This document shows positions 44,670 through 58,000 of a stretch of 64,000 nucleotides of DNA, piece after piece; position 1 is the first letter of the stretch, and each line of letters opens with the position of its first letter. The notes under the pieces were generated by a model that ran no database searches, had not been told where the DNA came from, and saw only the letters and a program-made list of their open reading frames with translations. The translations under genes and the position numbers were made by a program. Origin of the DNA: Amoebophrya sp. A120 (Eukaryota > Protista > Dinoflagellata); contig CAJINV010000026.1 in the NCBI GenBank assembly GCA_905178155.1, forward strand, positions 328,289 to 392,288. Direction: 5' to 3'.

Positions 44670-47600
44670 TCATTTCTTTCTCCCCCCGCCGGGTTTCAGG
44701 ACTTTTTTCCAGCTTTTCTTCCCGCGCCGCTGACCTCTCGTGTCGCGCTTAGAAGCGTTTCTTCCGCGCGTGCGTTTATCCGGCTGCGATCGGTCCTTTC
44801 CCCGAACTGCTCGTCCCGTCTGCTTGCGCAAAAGCTTCGCCTCCTCTGCTTCGCGTTGTTTCCACTGCTCTCGCTTCTCCGCCTGCGCGGAGTGGTAGCT
44901 GCGCTCGAGATGGAGGACATGCTCTGGCTCGGCCGGTGTCGTTCTCTGCTGCGCGGACCACGAGAAAATTTTCTTGGACACCTCGGCTAGCAGCCTCCCG
45001 AAGCCGCGCCGCACACCCTCGTCGCGGTTTTCGTCATCGCCACCGTCTCCACCGAGGGCGCGGAGCAGCTGGAGCTCCCCGTCGACGCACCTCTTATTTG
45101 GCCGATTGGTCTGCACCGAAAGTTTGGAGAGCCGGCGGCCCAGCTCTTCCAGGTCGTATCCATCGCACTTCCCGACCTCACCTTCCACCGTGGCCCACCG
45201 GGAGCCCACGACGCTCCTGTCAGTCCCAGCAGCGTCCTCGGATACTACGCGACGCTGAATGCACTCCTTGGCCCCGTTGCCGGGCTGCGGACAGTACGCG
45301 AACTGGTGCTCGTCGCCTTTCGCGGAACAGTACTCAGCCTCCCGCACGTACCGGTCGTTGATGCGCACTTCGCACGGGGACATCCCGTGTTCCCGCACGG
45401 CCGTGGTGATGACTCGCGCGGTGCTAGCGTCCTTTACGTGCTGCAGCACCTGTGCGCCAACGATGTCCGTCAGGCGGGACCAAAGCGCGGGCTCACAGGT
45501 CGGCGCCGCGATCGTGACGCGCAAGGAGCTGTTGCTGAATTCGCGCGACCACCATTTTTCCTTACCCGTCGCGAACATGTCCCCGGAAACGCTGCAACAA
45601 GCGGCCTTATCAATATCTCCCACCGTGCAGTAGCTCGCTCCCGGCTGGCCGTTCGCGAGGCAGTACTGCGACAGCACGGGCTGCGGCCGCGGTTGTTCCA
45701 TCGTGGAGGTTTGTTTGACCGATCGGACGGGGGATTTCTTACGGCGGGCCGCGGGTCGGGACGCCGCCCGCCGCCTTTCCCAGGACAGCATTCCCATGTC
45801 CTTCACGATGAGGACACCCCCAGATGAGACATCGGCAAGGGAGGTGGGCACCGCGGCGGGGCCGTTGAACTGCAGATTGAATCCGGTCGGGGTCGCGGTG
45901 AAGTTGGTCCTCGTAAGCACTGCGACGAGCAGTAGCAGCTGCATGATCGTGCGGAGGCTTCGACTGGCCAACGCGAGGTGTCGCTGCACGACCTGCGCGA
46001 TCACCGAGATGTTCTGCAGAATCTCGGGTAGCAGCGAGGACGCCAGATCGGTGCCAACGCCGGCGCCGCCCATGTCGGTGTAAATTTGCAGACAGACCTG
46101 GGCACAGTTGCCAACAAAGCGCACCACGCGGTTGTTGGCCAGCAAGGTTCGTTCCTGTGTGTGCGGGGCGAGCGGAGCGTCGTCGGCTATCTGCGAGGCG
46201 TGCGAAGGATTAGCGCCAGTAGGCCCGCTTGGCGTCACGTCGGACGGGCCCGGATCACCATCAAGGTTGCGATCTGTGGTCGGCAGTATTAATGCGTCTT
46301 GGTCCGCGGCAGCCGCTTCGTGTTCGTGATTGCATGGGCCAACGGCGGGCTCACCGCCCGAACGCCCAGGAGCGCCGTCCCGCATTCCGGCAGTGGCGTT
46401 TGCCAGCGTTCCAGCCGCTGCCAGGAAAGTCTGAAACCGCCCCGCCATGAACCACACTCCCTGCTCCAATATTTTGCGATCCTGGTCAAAGTCTTCGTCC
46501 CCCCAACCTGTGACCGCCTCAGACTGATCTCCATCCCCGGTAACTTTGCGGACATAGACTGCGAGATTCTGGAGTAAAGAGTTGAAGACGCGCTCCCGCG
46601 CTAAGTCATATTCCACGGGATTGTGCCGCCCATCTGCATCGGAAACAAGGTCTGGGCCATACATGCGCGCTTGCGGTACCGGCAGCGCATCATACGCAGC
46701 GACGGCCACAATATCACGGTCGTCTTCTTCTTTGGCTTTGACGACGAGGACGCTCTGATTTGTATTGATGGAAGGAACGTTAAGAAGGTCATAATGATCT
46801 ATGTGGTGTTCATAAAACCCTCTCTCGGCGTGTTGTATCGCTTCCGTGCGGCCATGGCCAAATGTAATTGTGGTCACCAGTGACATGCGCGCCGCGTGAT
46901 TGACGACAAGACTCACGTGCGGAGAGAATTCTTTTCACGCTCCACTATCAATTCGGGCAAGAGGGTCACGCCTGCAAACTATCTTCTACTTCTCGCTGTA
47001 AATCTAAATCGAATTATAGGCACGAGTTACTGCACTGAGAAAGCACTGCACTTACAGAAGCAAGACTGTGTGACATGGACAATACCTGGCGCGTATCCCG
47101 TTCACCGGGGAGAAAACCATGCTGACTTGTCAGGATAGTGTGCTCCAAATAGTTGATAGAGCTCCCCACTGGTCTCCACCCAAGGCCGCGCCTCAGGGGC
47201 GCACCAGAGTGGTCTCGGGGGCAGAGGTCTTCGCGTACTCGCGCCGGCATGTTGCCCTCCACTGGTTGGTGCAGAGCCATCCTTCTTTCGACACAGTCCG
47301 CCGGATCGTCGAAGTCCAGGACCTCATCGCGCACGGCTCCGAAGCGGTCCCCGCGTAGGGTTCCGCAAAGTGTAGCAGGGTCCCATCCATCACGGTAAAT
47401 GTCCGACTCCGAATTCCACCAGGTCGCCAGCCAATCAGTGGCGCAGTCGCCCTGCTCCCTCGGAATAGCGAGCACACCAACAAAGTTCACCCCCATGCGC
47501 TCCATGTCGGCAGTTTGGCGCATGTCAACGGGCAAGTTGTCAAGCGACTGCCGCAAAGTATTGCCAGTAGCACCACGGGGAACGGTAAAATTTGAGTCTG

Positions 47601-48736
47601 GGAGCACACGGCCCGTCCCACGGCCATCGTCTCGGCCCCCGCCATTGTCTCGGTCCCGGCCATCGTCTGGGCCCCCCCTACGTCCGTTTCCTGCGCCACC
47701 ACTGCCATTCCCGGATGAGGACGACGCTGAGACCTGTGACTGCAGTACACCTGATTTGTTTGTTAATTCGAAGATTCCGCTGAAAAAAGAGAAGTGCCAA
47801 AGCAAAACGCCCTTCACTATCAGTCGAAAAAAAGTTGTATGTTGCAGGGTCTTTAGATAGAAGATCAAGATGGTTGCGATTGCTGGTGGTGCAACACTGT
47901 TCCTGCAAATCCTTCACTACAAATGCAACGCAACACCAGTCAAGACCTGCTTACGCCTGCAAAGGCTAAAACAATGACATGCGCAGCTGCAGTACAAATC
48001 AATAGGAGTGTCAACTGCTACACCCACGGCAGGTCTTTACCGCGACTTTACAGGGGAAACAAAGGGAATAGAGCTTGCCAAACAATCGCACAAACAAAGT
48101 CATCAAAATCCGTATGAAGTTCCCCGTAGATTTACACACAAGAATACCTGATGCCGCAGTGGAGCTGTTGCCAATTTGAAGCTCCATTCTCAAGAGCCGA
48201 ATCCTTCTCGTATCCGCCCTGGTCGGCCCGATAGCCAAATTGGCAAATGAGCTGCTGAGGTCGTAGAGAATATCATTTGTGAGGCCCCTTGTTCCGTTGA
48301 TCTTGTCTCGCAGTGCTCCTGTAGGCTTGATAGGCCTTCCATTACTGTCAGACATCGTTTTCAGTGCGACAAGGGGCGTATTTCTGTTCAGCTCGGCAAC
48401 AGCGTTGGACTTCATCGTCTTCCCTGAGCACTCCCTCTCGCTTGCGGCCGATCCCCTGGCTTCTCGAACCATCAAACGAAACGCGCGCACTTCATCTTGC
48501 GGAGCTTCTGGAAGTTCGTGGCCACGTCTGTTTTGCACATACCCTTCCAAAGCGGCTTCTGCTTTGAGACGCAGGAATCTCATGGTGTCGCTCGGATGCA
48601 CCGGAAAGCCACGCGCCAGTGTAACAAAGGAGCCATTTCCCAGTCGCACACCAAGCTCCACAAAAAACATCCGGGGCTCGTCGTCGCTGAGGTCTGCAAT
48701 GTTGTCATACATAATATTTATGTAAAGGGCGGCCAT
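44670..48736 (-). CDS. Large hypothetical protein, probably three exons, with a possible N-terminal ubiquitin-like domain
   Basis: Consecutive minus ORFs 48011-48736, 47014-47868 and 44670-46916 (748 aa) with compatible GT-AG junctions (CAG|GTATTC near 48148, ATCAG|GTG near 47750); N-terminus VRLGNGSFVTL..FPVHPSDTMRFLRLK. Confidence 0.55.
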
Positions 48737-48945
48737 TTCAGCTATTTTTCTCCGTGAGCTTTTAACTATTTGAAAAAAATAATCTATGCACCTGCTCTGA
48801 GAGACAGCAACGCCTATTTTATAGTTGCAAGTGCGATGCCGCCTACTTATGTTCTAGCCCTGTCATTTCGATCTCCGCTAAAATAATACGGAAAGATTGA
48901 TGGTTGAAATTAATCGCACCACTTGCCGATGAAGATGAGGGAGTT

Positions 48946-49980
48946 TCAGAAACCATGTATACCAGTGATGCCCGCTGGCATGGCGCATCGTGCTGCGGCT
49001 TCTCGCATACGCTCTGCTACTGTGAAGACATCGAGAAGGTCCACCCCTCGCATTGGAGTGTCTTCCACAACAACGGTTGAAGCAACACGGCCATCGCGAG
49101 GTCTCGTGCGTCTCTGCCGTTCCTCCTCTTCACCGGAGCCTGTCGAAACCCCGTGATACATGACATCGAGAAGGCGGCAGTGGCGCGTGCGCTTGCCCTG
49201 TAAGGATCCACGGTCTGCGACGGGGATTCCAATCAACAAGTTTTCACCCCACTGGCGGCCTGTAAATTTCACCGATTTTTCAGGAGAATTGCAAACAAGC
49301 ATCACGTCCCGTTGCATGTGTATGAAAATCATGAGCAAGATCAAATGCCCCTTGTGTAACAAGAGAAGCTACTCGTTTATCAAGCAAGTGTCCCTATATG
49401 CGCTTTTATTTCACAGAATGTATGAAAATCAAGAATAAAAAACAACATAAATACTTCTCACGCAGGTCGCTAGAAGTGCAGTCTGCTCGCTTTCAACGAA
49501 TATGCTCTGTCTTGCACCCGAAGCGAAGCCGAAGATCAGCTCGTGGCATTGTGTCAGAGTCTCTTTCCAACGGTCTATACGGCGACCGCCCTGCGTCTGC
49601 TGAAGATCCTTAAATACCATGGCGAATACATCTTGCATCTTGACTCGCGATCTGCGCGCAACGAATTCGTCCACGCCAACCTTCAAGTTCGCTAGCTGTG
49701 GTCCTAGTGTCGTAATGAAGTGGAGCATAATATCATCTGCGTCATCTTCCGACAGAGCGGACATGAGCAGCTCCGCCTTCATTCCTTCAAACGCTCTGAG
49801 CTTCACGTCACAGTGTCCTTCCACGTCTTCGGCGCATTTTAGATCCGACCGCGCCTTACGTATCCATGGTGCTGTAAGTGGTCGCCCTTCGGCACCTTGG
49901 CTCACTGCCGAACCCACGCGTGCACGTACTGCCAGTACAGGCGCGGAGAAAAAAATGAGTCCCACAGTGGCACCCAACAT
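48946..49980 (-). CDS. Small hypothetical protein with signal-peptide-like N-terminus
   Basis: ORF 49429-49980 begins MLGATVGLIFFSAPVLAVRA; probable second exon within 48946-49250. Confidence 0.55.
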
Positions 49981-51650
49981 CGTTTTTGATCTTTAGCGAG
50001 ATGTAAGATGGCCGCTGCGATAACGAAACGCGGCCTGTTATTGACCGCCCTCAGTCAATGGTCAAGCTCTCCACACTTGAAAAAAACTATCTATATATAT
50101 GTTGCGAAAAAAAAAATCTCACACGAGCAGTGCTTATTTGCCGAAGCGATGTAGAATTCTAAACAACCCCTCTGTGGTAAGCCGCACAATAAAATGAGCA
50201 AGCTCCGCAATCTGGGACTGAAGGGCCTCCACAAGCTGAAAATGATCAGCGATTCAAGAAACACTCTGTAAAGTGCTGTCTGTATGTAAATCTTCGCGTT
50301 GCCGGTTCGATTTGTAAAACATACAATTGCTACAACCAGAGCAAACTCTTTCAAACCTGCGATTGCTTCTCAGAAAGGGTTACAAAAATGCTTTATGAGA
50401 GTCGGGTGGTGGAGATCCCAGAGGACTTCTTTGGCAGATGGTTTGGGTCTTTCCTACACATGATTTCAGATCACGTTACTGCATGTAGGATTTCAGATCG
50501 CGTCACTTCGTAGTCGGTTACTTCGATTTCGATACTCCGAAGAATTCCATCAATGAATCGTCTGGCGTTAGTTTTACATCCAGCGAGAAGGGGAGTCGAT
50601 GCACTTAGTCTTGCAAATCACCGACGGACTGATCAGTTGCGATTTCATGTTTTGTTCTCCTGCATGATACTTTTCGTGATCCTGGACAGATATTAGTTGA
50701 TCCTGCAATTCTACGTACTCGATTGCGGGTCATTAGCGTCCCTAAAATTTTTCTAGCTTGAGGGCGGTAGCATTGGTGCAATTACTGATCTGGATCTAGA
50801 CCTACACCTACTATCAAAGGGATGTAGAGCACACGAAGTAGCGCTGATAAGAAAATCACGCCAAATTCACTTTTTGAATCTATCGGACGGCATTCGTAGT
50901 CGGCCCCGCTTTTCCCAGCGTGCCTTCGTCAGCAGGTATAAACACTTTTGAAATTTTTCAGGTCGGATGACAGACCTAAATTAACATGTATCTTGACCAA
51001 ATGTTAGTACGCAAATTTGCTGCGCATGCCCACGCGCCAGCAGCGTATCATACAATACATATTCAACAGTATATTTTGCACAGATTGACGGCTAGAGCCG
51101 CAAATGCAGATGGCCTCGGCAAACGGTCCTTCCAGCTAGATCTGCTATTCTTAAACCGCAAGTTTTTTCACTTCCTTTGTACATACATTTCTACAACATA
51201 TTCATACAAGCAATACAGGGAGTCCTTCTCCATCTTGCAGGCATCATACATAGCTAGAATATCATACATTTCCTCCGAAACTTTCGGCCCGCAGCTGCAA
51301 CACTCACACATTGCAAGATAATATTTGGATCGTGCGCAAAATGCATTGATAGTAGACCCATCGACTTAAGAGTTGTTTTCTAAAACTCTAAAAACCGTGT
51401 GGCCACAATTTCCGGGTGAGTTGGTTTGTTGTAAAATCAGTCTGAACAACTACAACAGCAAATAGGGCAGAGCAAAAATTACCGATCACGTTTCTAATAT
51501 CAAAATAAACGCGTATGTGCCGTTAAGACTCTCAATACAAACAGCTTCATCTAGTCCCATCAAGCGTCCCTCAAGTCAAATCACGGAAGTGTCACTTTAC
51601 CACACCACAAGAGTAACCCGAGCTATAAATCTATCCTTCAATGCAGCTCT

Positions 51651-54002
51651 CTAAGCGCTGTCGTAAGTAATCGCCGTGGGTATGGTTACCAAAAACTTTT
51701 CCGGGTTTGACGCAAGCTGCTTCGGAAGTGGGTTGGTTTTGCTGTAGCCTTGGTAATAGAAGTGCGTCTGCGGAAGGTGTCTCGCTTGTTCGGTACGCCA
51801 ATCCCACTGGAATTGGTTGTATGACCAACGAGTATTGACACCGTCGGAACCCTTCCGCCACCTTTGCGCATATCTACGGAACATCTTGCGAAAAGACGTG
51901 TACCAGCCCGCGTCAACCTTGTATTGCCTCTCGACCTCGGGAAGCCCGTCAAAATAGTCATCTGCTTCACGCTCCGTCATTCCATCTGGCGGAGCTTTTA
52001 GGCAGTAACCTAGATTTTTGTTTGCAAGTCATATCTTGTTCGGACGGGGGGAGGTACGGGCCATCAGCGAGAGATTGCGCTCACTGCCAAGCGGCAATCG
52101 CCCCACGTGTAAAGAAGCATCGACCAGAATCTAGGAGTTGACCTTTTTCACAGCAAACGAGCGCTGCAAAGCCATAAGGGCGAACAAGAAATCAAAAAAG
52201 CATAGGAGGTGCTTCCACATAAAATTTTAAGTCGATATTACATATCAAGCCTGCGTCGATTACAAATTGAAAACGAATCATCTCTTGATACCATGCTTCA
52301 CCAAGTAGTTCCAAGTATCGTAAGTTTGAGTGTGTCTCTGGAAGAGAAGCTCGGTCGCCATTGCCAAGCGGCATCTACTGTCCAAACGGTCGCGATAAAG
52401 ATTGTTCTGGCGCGCATTTTGTGCGGCTCTAATTCCGAACGCGTACCGGGTCGATGGATTCCAGACGACGACTTTTTTCTGATTGTTCCCCCCACTAACA
52501 GTTGCCTGCGGCTGCTCTTGCGCAAGTGACATAGGTCCGGATGCTGCATCTGCAACGCCCTCGTGAAAGAAATCTAACACCTCACGAAAGAAGTCTCTGT
52601 CTGCAGCGTGACATCCATGCCGAAGGTTTTGCGGACCGTATCTGCTTCGCAGGTTGCCCTTAACGTTGTCCGTAAAACCATGCCACGTTGCAGGGTTGCA
52701 GGTTTCCGCCGCCATCGTCATCAGAAGGAGGACCTAGGATGGCGTGGATGATTTCAAGTCAAGAAAACGCCGTACCAAAGAAGAAGCCAGAGACGAGGCG
52801 CTTCAACCCTTATGTATGAAACGAAATGAAATCTATCGTCGTGTGATGTAGCTATGTGTGATGAGAAGTAATTCACTGAGCACCATAAAACGCATTTAAT
52901 TATTTACGCTCCACTCCGTTTGGCTTGGCGGCTCCCTCTTGTTGTCCGGGAATTCCACGACGCGTTGAAATTTCCGGAGGAAATCGAAGCCCCCGTCTGT
53001 CTCTTGGTTCCAGTAGTAGTTCGGTTTTCGCTGGCCAACTCTTTCTCGCAGCACCTCGAGAAATAAATCTTCGCAGCTCTCCGTGCGTGCTTCCACCATT
53101 CGGTTTTTCTGGTCTTGAGCAATAGCAGCGGTTGCCGCGGCTGCACCCAGCGCGTCTTTTTGCGAGTGCAATTTACTCACCTGCAGTAGGGAAGCCGTAT
53201 CTTTTGGTGAAAGGAAGCTCAAAATGCCGTCGCTGTGGTTCAACAGACTGTCCTTTGTTGCCGCCAGCATCAACCCGTCTTCCAAACTTCGGATGTCATC
53301 CAGCAGGCGTCCCGCTGTGAGGCCGGGAACTTGACCTTTCGCTGAATCCTCCTGTGTCCCTGATCTTGGTGTGCAAGTGTCCGCGCTGCAACTTTCTTTG
53401 TTCTTCCCGACGCGATCGGCGGTTAGCGTTACTTGGCTCTCTAAGCCCACAGTGGTTGCTGCAAGCGATGTCGTCGTACCAGTCGAGTGATCTACCCCTG
53501 GAACCTGCCGCAGCGGCTTCTGAACAATCTGCTCCCGCCGGCGAGCACTGGGACCTGGTTGTGTGCCAAAGAATGTCGTTGCGAAAGAAGGTGCACATTG
53601 TCGAGAACATCATGATCAAAAAAATTGTAGAAGGCCCTTCTGCTAACTACTTAAGCACAAAACCCGAAGTTGTGGCGCAGACAAACTGTGGCCTAGACGA
53701 ACTGAAGCCTCATGATCATTATGCGACAAAACCACAGAAAAATCGACTGCACCACTTCCGTTGGTTGATTTTCTGTTGTGGTCGGAGCACTCGTGCCTGT
53801 CAATAATTTTTTCCGCACGAAGCAGCCCCTTCCCGCGGCCTGTTTTCCTCGCATACCTTCGATGCTCGTTCGCAGGAACCGTAGTTGCAGCGATGCGTGT
53901 GGGAGTCGCGACGACCGGAGCCTTTTGAGGTACTGTCTCACTGGCAAGTCCACCCTGAACCAGTTGCGACAGCAGCGTCCATGCCAGGTGGTGGAGTCGC
54001 AT
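51651..54002 (-). CDS. Secreted-type 'SCEDL' family protein, copy 2 (multi-exon)
   Basis: MRLHHLAWTLLSQLVQGGLAS; SLLNHSDGILSFLSPK; RTESCEDLFLEVLRERVG; GCHAADRDFFREVLDFFHE; SRCRLAMATELLFQ; RWSYNQFQWDWR, all colinear with copy 1. Confidence 0.8.
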
Positions 54003-55093
54003 TTTGGAGCTGCAATGCTACATGTACTTGTAGCTTGTGCACGGTATTATTTTCTGCAACCAAGCACGAAAAGTCGGAAAAAATATATCAGGGAGATTGC
54101 TACACCGGAATCATCGTAGTTGAGAATCAGAGTACCGACATGGTTTGATCAGTTGTTAAATATCAGACGTTGCACCGTCCGGCGTGCACCCCACTGAAGG
54201 AAGAATAAAACGAAAAAAAAAATTTGCTATATATTGTACAAGTATGTATGAAAGACCACTGGGAGAACGGTGTATTCTTATTGGGTTCAAGACAAAACGA
54301 AAATAGATGAGTATCTTACAGAAAAATGAATCTAAATCTACCCCACTTTTATGAGTCGCACTACCTGGTGTGTGTCTGACATGGGATAAGTTTGACAAAG
54401 GTATTAAATCAACATACCGAAGATGACAGGATATCCACACGTAGAGCCAGGAGCTAAGTAGCCAACTCTCGTGTTTGTATGATAATGTCGCTGGAGAAGT
54501 CATGTTTTAACTATTAACTTGCGTCTTCAGGATCGTGAAAATTGTCATTCATTGGGCATAATATGTAACAAAAATAATGCGGCAAAAATAAATTATCAAA
54601 ATTGATCAGGACACGCTACCAGTGATTCACTTTTCAAATGGAACATTCCAGATCAATGTAGAATGCCAGCTGCTGGATTCAATAGACATGAAGAAAAACC
54701 GCTGAAGCCGCTCTTTGTTTGGTACTACTCTCATCTAGAGCTGTTGGCTTGCTGAGTAGATACGGAAGATCAGAATCCTTTTTCTCCGCCTTTTGCGCCT
54801 TTTGTTGCAAATAGCCCTCAGCTTCGGATTTGCTGATCGTGGTCTCAAGGATATCGAGGCTCGCCTCGTGCCCCTGCGTCGAACAACTGCAATCACACAC
54901 ACACACACACACAGAAAGAGAGAGACGGTTTACATGATACAACTCATATCAGACTTGATTCACGTAAGTACAGTACAAGGATGATTGAGCAGTGGGCGGC
55001 AAAAGTCCTCATGTGCGCCGCACTGGTCTTCATCTCCCGTTGAGTCTACATGCCTTCGCGCTGCAAAAGAAGCGACGGACTCACCAGCAATCT

Positions 55094-58000
55094 TCACGTG
55101 GCAGGCGAATCCGCCTCCGAACCTTCCATACGTATCGGCTTGAGGTGCGTCCAAAGCGGATGGAAGGTTTCCATCAGAGGCGGCTCGAGCTCCCTTGGCA
55201 GAAAATTCATGTATATGTCGTTGATAGGATGGCCCGTGAGATGATGGCGCTCGGCGTTAAAGTACAGCCTGGCATGGTCGCTTCGAATTCTGCGGAATAT
55301 GGCCCACCACTGCATGCTGAGCCACGTCCAGCGAAAGTGGCGATAACTCCACTCCGGCCCAGCACCGGTAGATCGGGTGCGCCAAAATGCCGCGCGTTTG
55401 AAAAAATCCAATTGAAATTTGTGATGCCACTCTGGCGGGACGGGCGACTGCGTGTCCGGGGTGCGGTAGACCCTACCGAGGACGGCTTCCGGCCACATTT
55501 CGTTCAACTCGCTGCGAGGCTTCGTATTCAGGCAGTACCCTATAATTGGGAGTTGTTGTACATCCAAAATGTATGCCTTCTTTGTCTGTCTATCACATAT
55601 CTTCATGTTGTTGACCATCATCTTTTTCGTTGATGGGTTGAAGTCAATGTTAGGGATCGCCATCGTCCTTAAAAACTGCAATTTGGCCGTCATGCGACAG
55701 CGGCACTGCAGAAGTCCGCACGGAATTTTAAATACAAAAAAAGATAAATGGCATTTTTCTGTACCGTAGGGAACGTAAAAGTTCTCCGCGCCGTGACCAG
55801 ACACTCGTGGCGAAGCTTGGAACAGATACTCTGCCGCCATTCCGATACGGCATCGGCTCTCCCGTGTCTTCTGGAAATCCAACGCGGTTATGAAACGACA
55901 CAACGAAAGAACCATACCTCGCAGTCCGTGAAGGCAGGTTTGCTGCTCTTTTTCGAATGATGTTGAAGATGTCTACAGTACAAACATACTTTGGCAGTTA
56001 TAGTTCGCAGAGGCTACCACTAGACCGTCTTGGTTTGGCGGTAGCTGGTGCACTCGTCTATCAGATACTACTTCACCCAAAAGTGTTAGTGCTTTGGCAC
56101 GCAGGCTGGCTGGGCAACCCGCCTTCTCAACATCAAGCCGCCCGCTCCCGACACGGACTCCAAGGATGTTCTTTTTTTTTACGTCTCATATTGTCGTCAT
56201 GCGCATTGTAAGTGGCACCAACGCGGCGGATCGGATCATCCCACACGACGACCTTGCAGCCATTATCCCCCCTTTGCTGTTCGGCACAGTTACCGTCGTG
56301 GTTAGCTGTGCGAGACCCGTTCCTGACGGACTCGTGAAAGAACTTCCACACCTCAGTGAAAAAGCTCTTGTCACTCTGAGAACAACCTGCGTGCAGACGC
56401 TCCGAGCTATACTGGGTCACTGCAGGTTTCAAATCGTACCGAAGAGCGGACGTTTGTACTACATCGGCATCGGCGTAGCAATACGGCATCAAAGCCAGAA
56501 TCGTCGAGATCTGTTGCAAATTCGAAAACACCTTTAGAATGCTGCCTTAATTGAGAATGCACTCCAGATAAGACGCACTATATGAAACTGTAATAAGGTG
56601 GTGACTGTTTGGGTCCATTTTCTGAGACCTGGATGGCCCTGGTCACGGGGAAGCCTAGGGTATCGGCCACAAAGATACCTCAGTAGCGCCGGCTACGGGT
56701 GAGCTGCTGTACATTGCTCGTAACTTATATGTTCGAATCGTCAACAAGCTTCTCGAGTAGCAATCATAGTCACCGAGACGAAACCACAAGTCAGATAGAT
56801 ACTTCCATTCAATAATTGCCCATGCTTTCATGCAGCATTGAAATTTTGAGGATGAATGGACAAAATAATTCAAGAGCAACTATACCGTCCACTTGTCGCT
56901 GCTAAGCATTCCCAAAGGCGGCCCCTGGCGGTCTTGAAGCTTCATGGTTAGCGTTCCCCAATGGTCTTACGCGGTACAGTTCAAAAATGTCTTTCGCTGC
57001 ATCGCCAGCACCGAAGCAATGCAGAAGTACTAACTGGCGAAAGTTGTAAGTAAGCACTTTCTTGTGCCAGTTGCTGATTCTGTTTCTGATTGGCATTCGC
57101 TTGCAACAAAAATCATATAGAGTCAATACGCACCACTATGTACAAAAATATGAATCTTCACTACGAAGCCTGGGCTTTGCCCTTTTACGTAACCCATAAT
57201 ACCACTTTACGTCGCAAACGCGCTACCTCAAAAAACAATGCGGCCATTCGTGGTGTCCACTGGATCGAATTCCCGCAGTTCTTAGTCGAGGCACCAGGAC
57301 ACTTGTAAATGCAAAGGTGCTATATCCTTATGCGAGAGCGAGACTTTTTTGCGTGCACATATGACCCAGATCAACTCGGGGGTTCCAGAAGTCCTTGGGC
57401 AGTAATTGTGCCGCGGCTTTTTGGCCCGCCGCGCCATGCCGCAGCTGCTCGAGTAGAACTTCCACAAAGAGATCTTCACAACTGACCTCCGTCGTTTGGC
57501 GGTCTTCCAGGGACGCCACCTGCAGCCCCTCGGCGACATCGAGAAATGAAAGGTCCGCGTGCTCTTCGACATCGCCTATGCGTTCTTCATCATCAGCTGC
57601 ATCCGAAGCACCTGGTCCCGTATCTCGGATTGCCGGAGAATTTTGCTGGTTGTGCCCCGCAACCACCTCCCACAGTGGGTCATCTGTAGGAGGTTCGTAG
57701 TCGCTCTGTGCGTCCGACGAATCAGCATCATCATAAGCCGCTTCGTGCTCGATATCTTGTACGAAGGCTTCCGGCCTCACATCGGTGCCTGGACGGATCT
57801 CGAGCTGCCCTAATGGCATCACGGGCGGCAGGCGCGGGGGTGCTGCGCTTGTATCCGTATCTGTTCCAGGAAAAGCCAAGGCGCCCGAGAGGGAGCTAGA
57901 GCTGCCTCCACCGCAAGCGGTTGTTCCGGAAGTTGGAGTGCCGCTCCTCTCCAATGCTGTCTTTTCGCCACCGCCGGCGTCCTGTGCTGCCGCACCGGGC

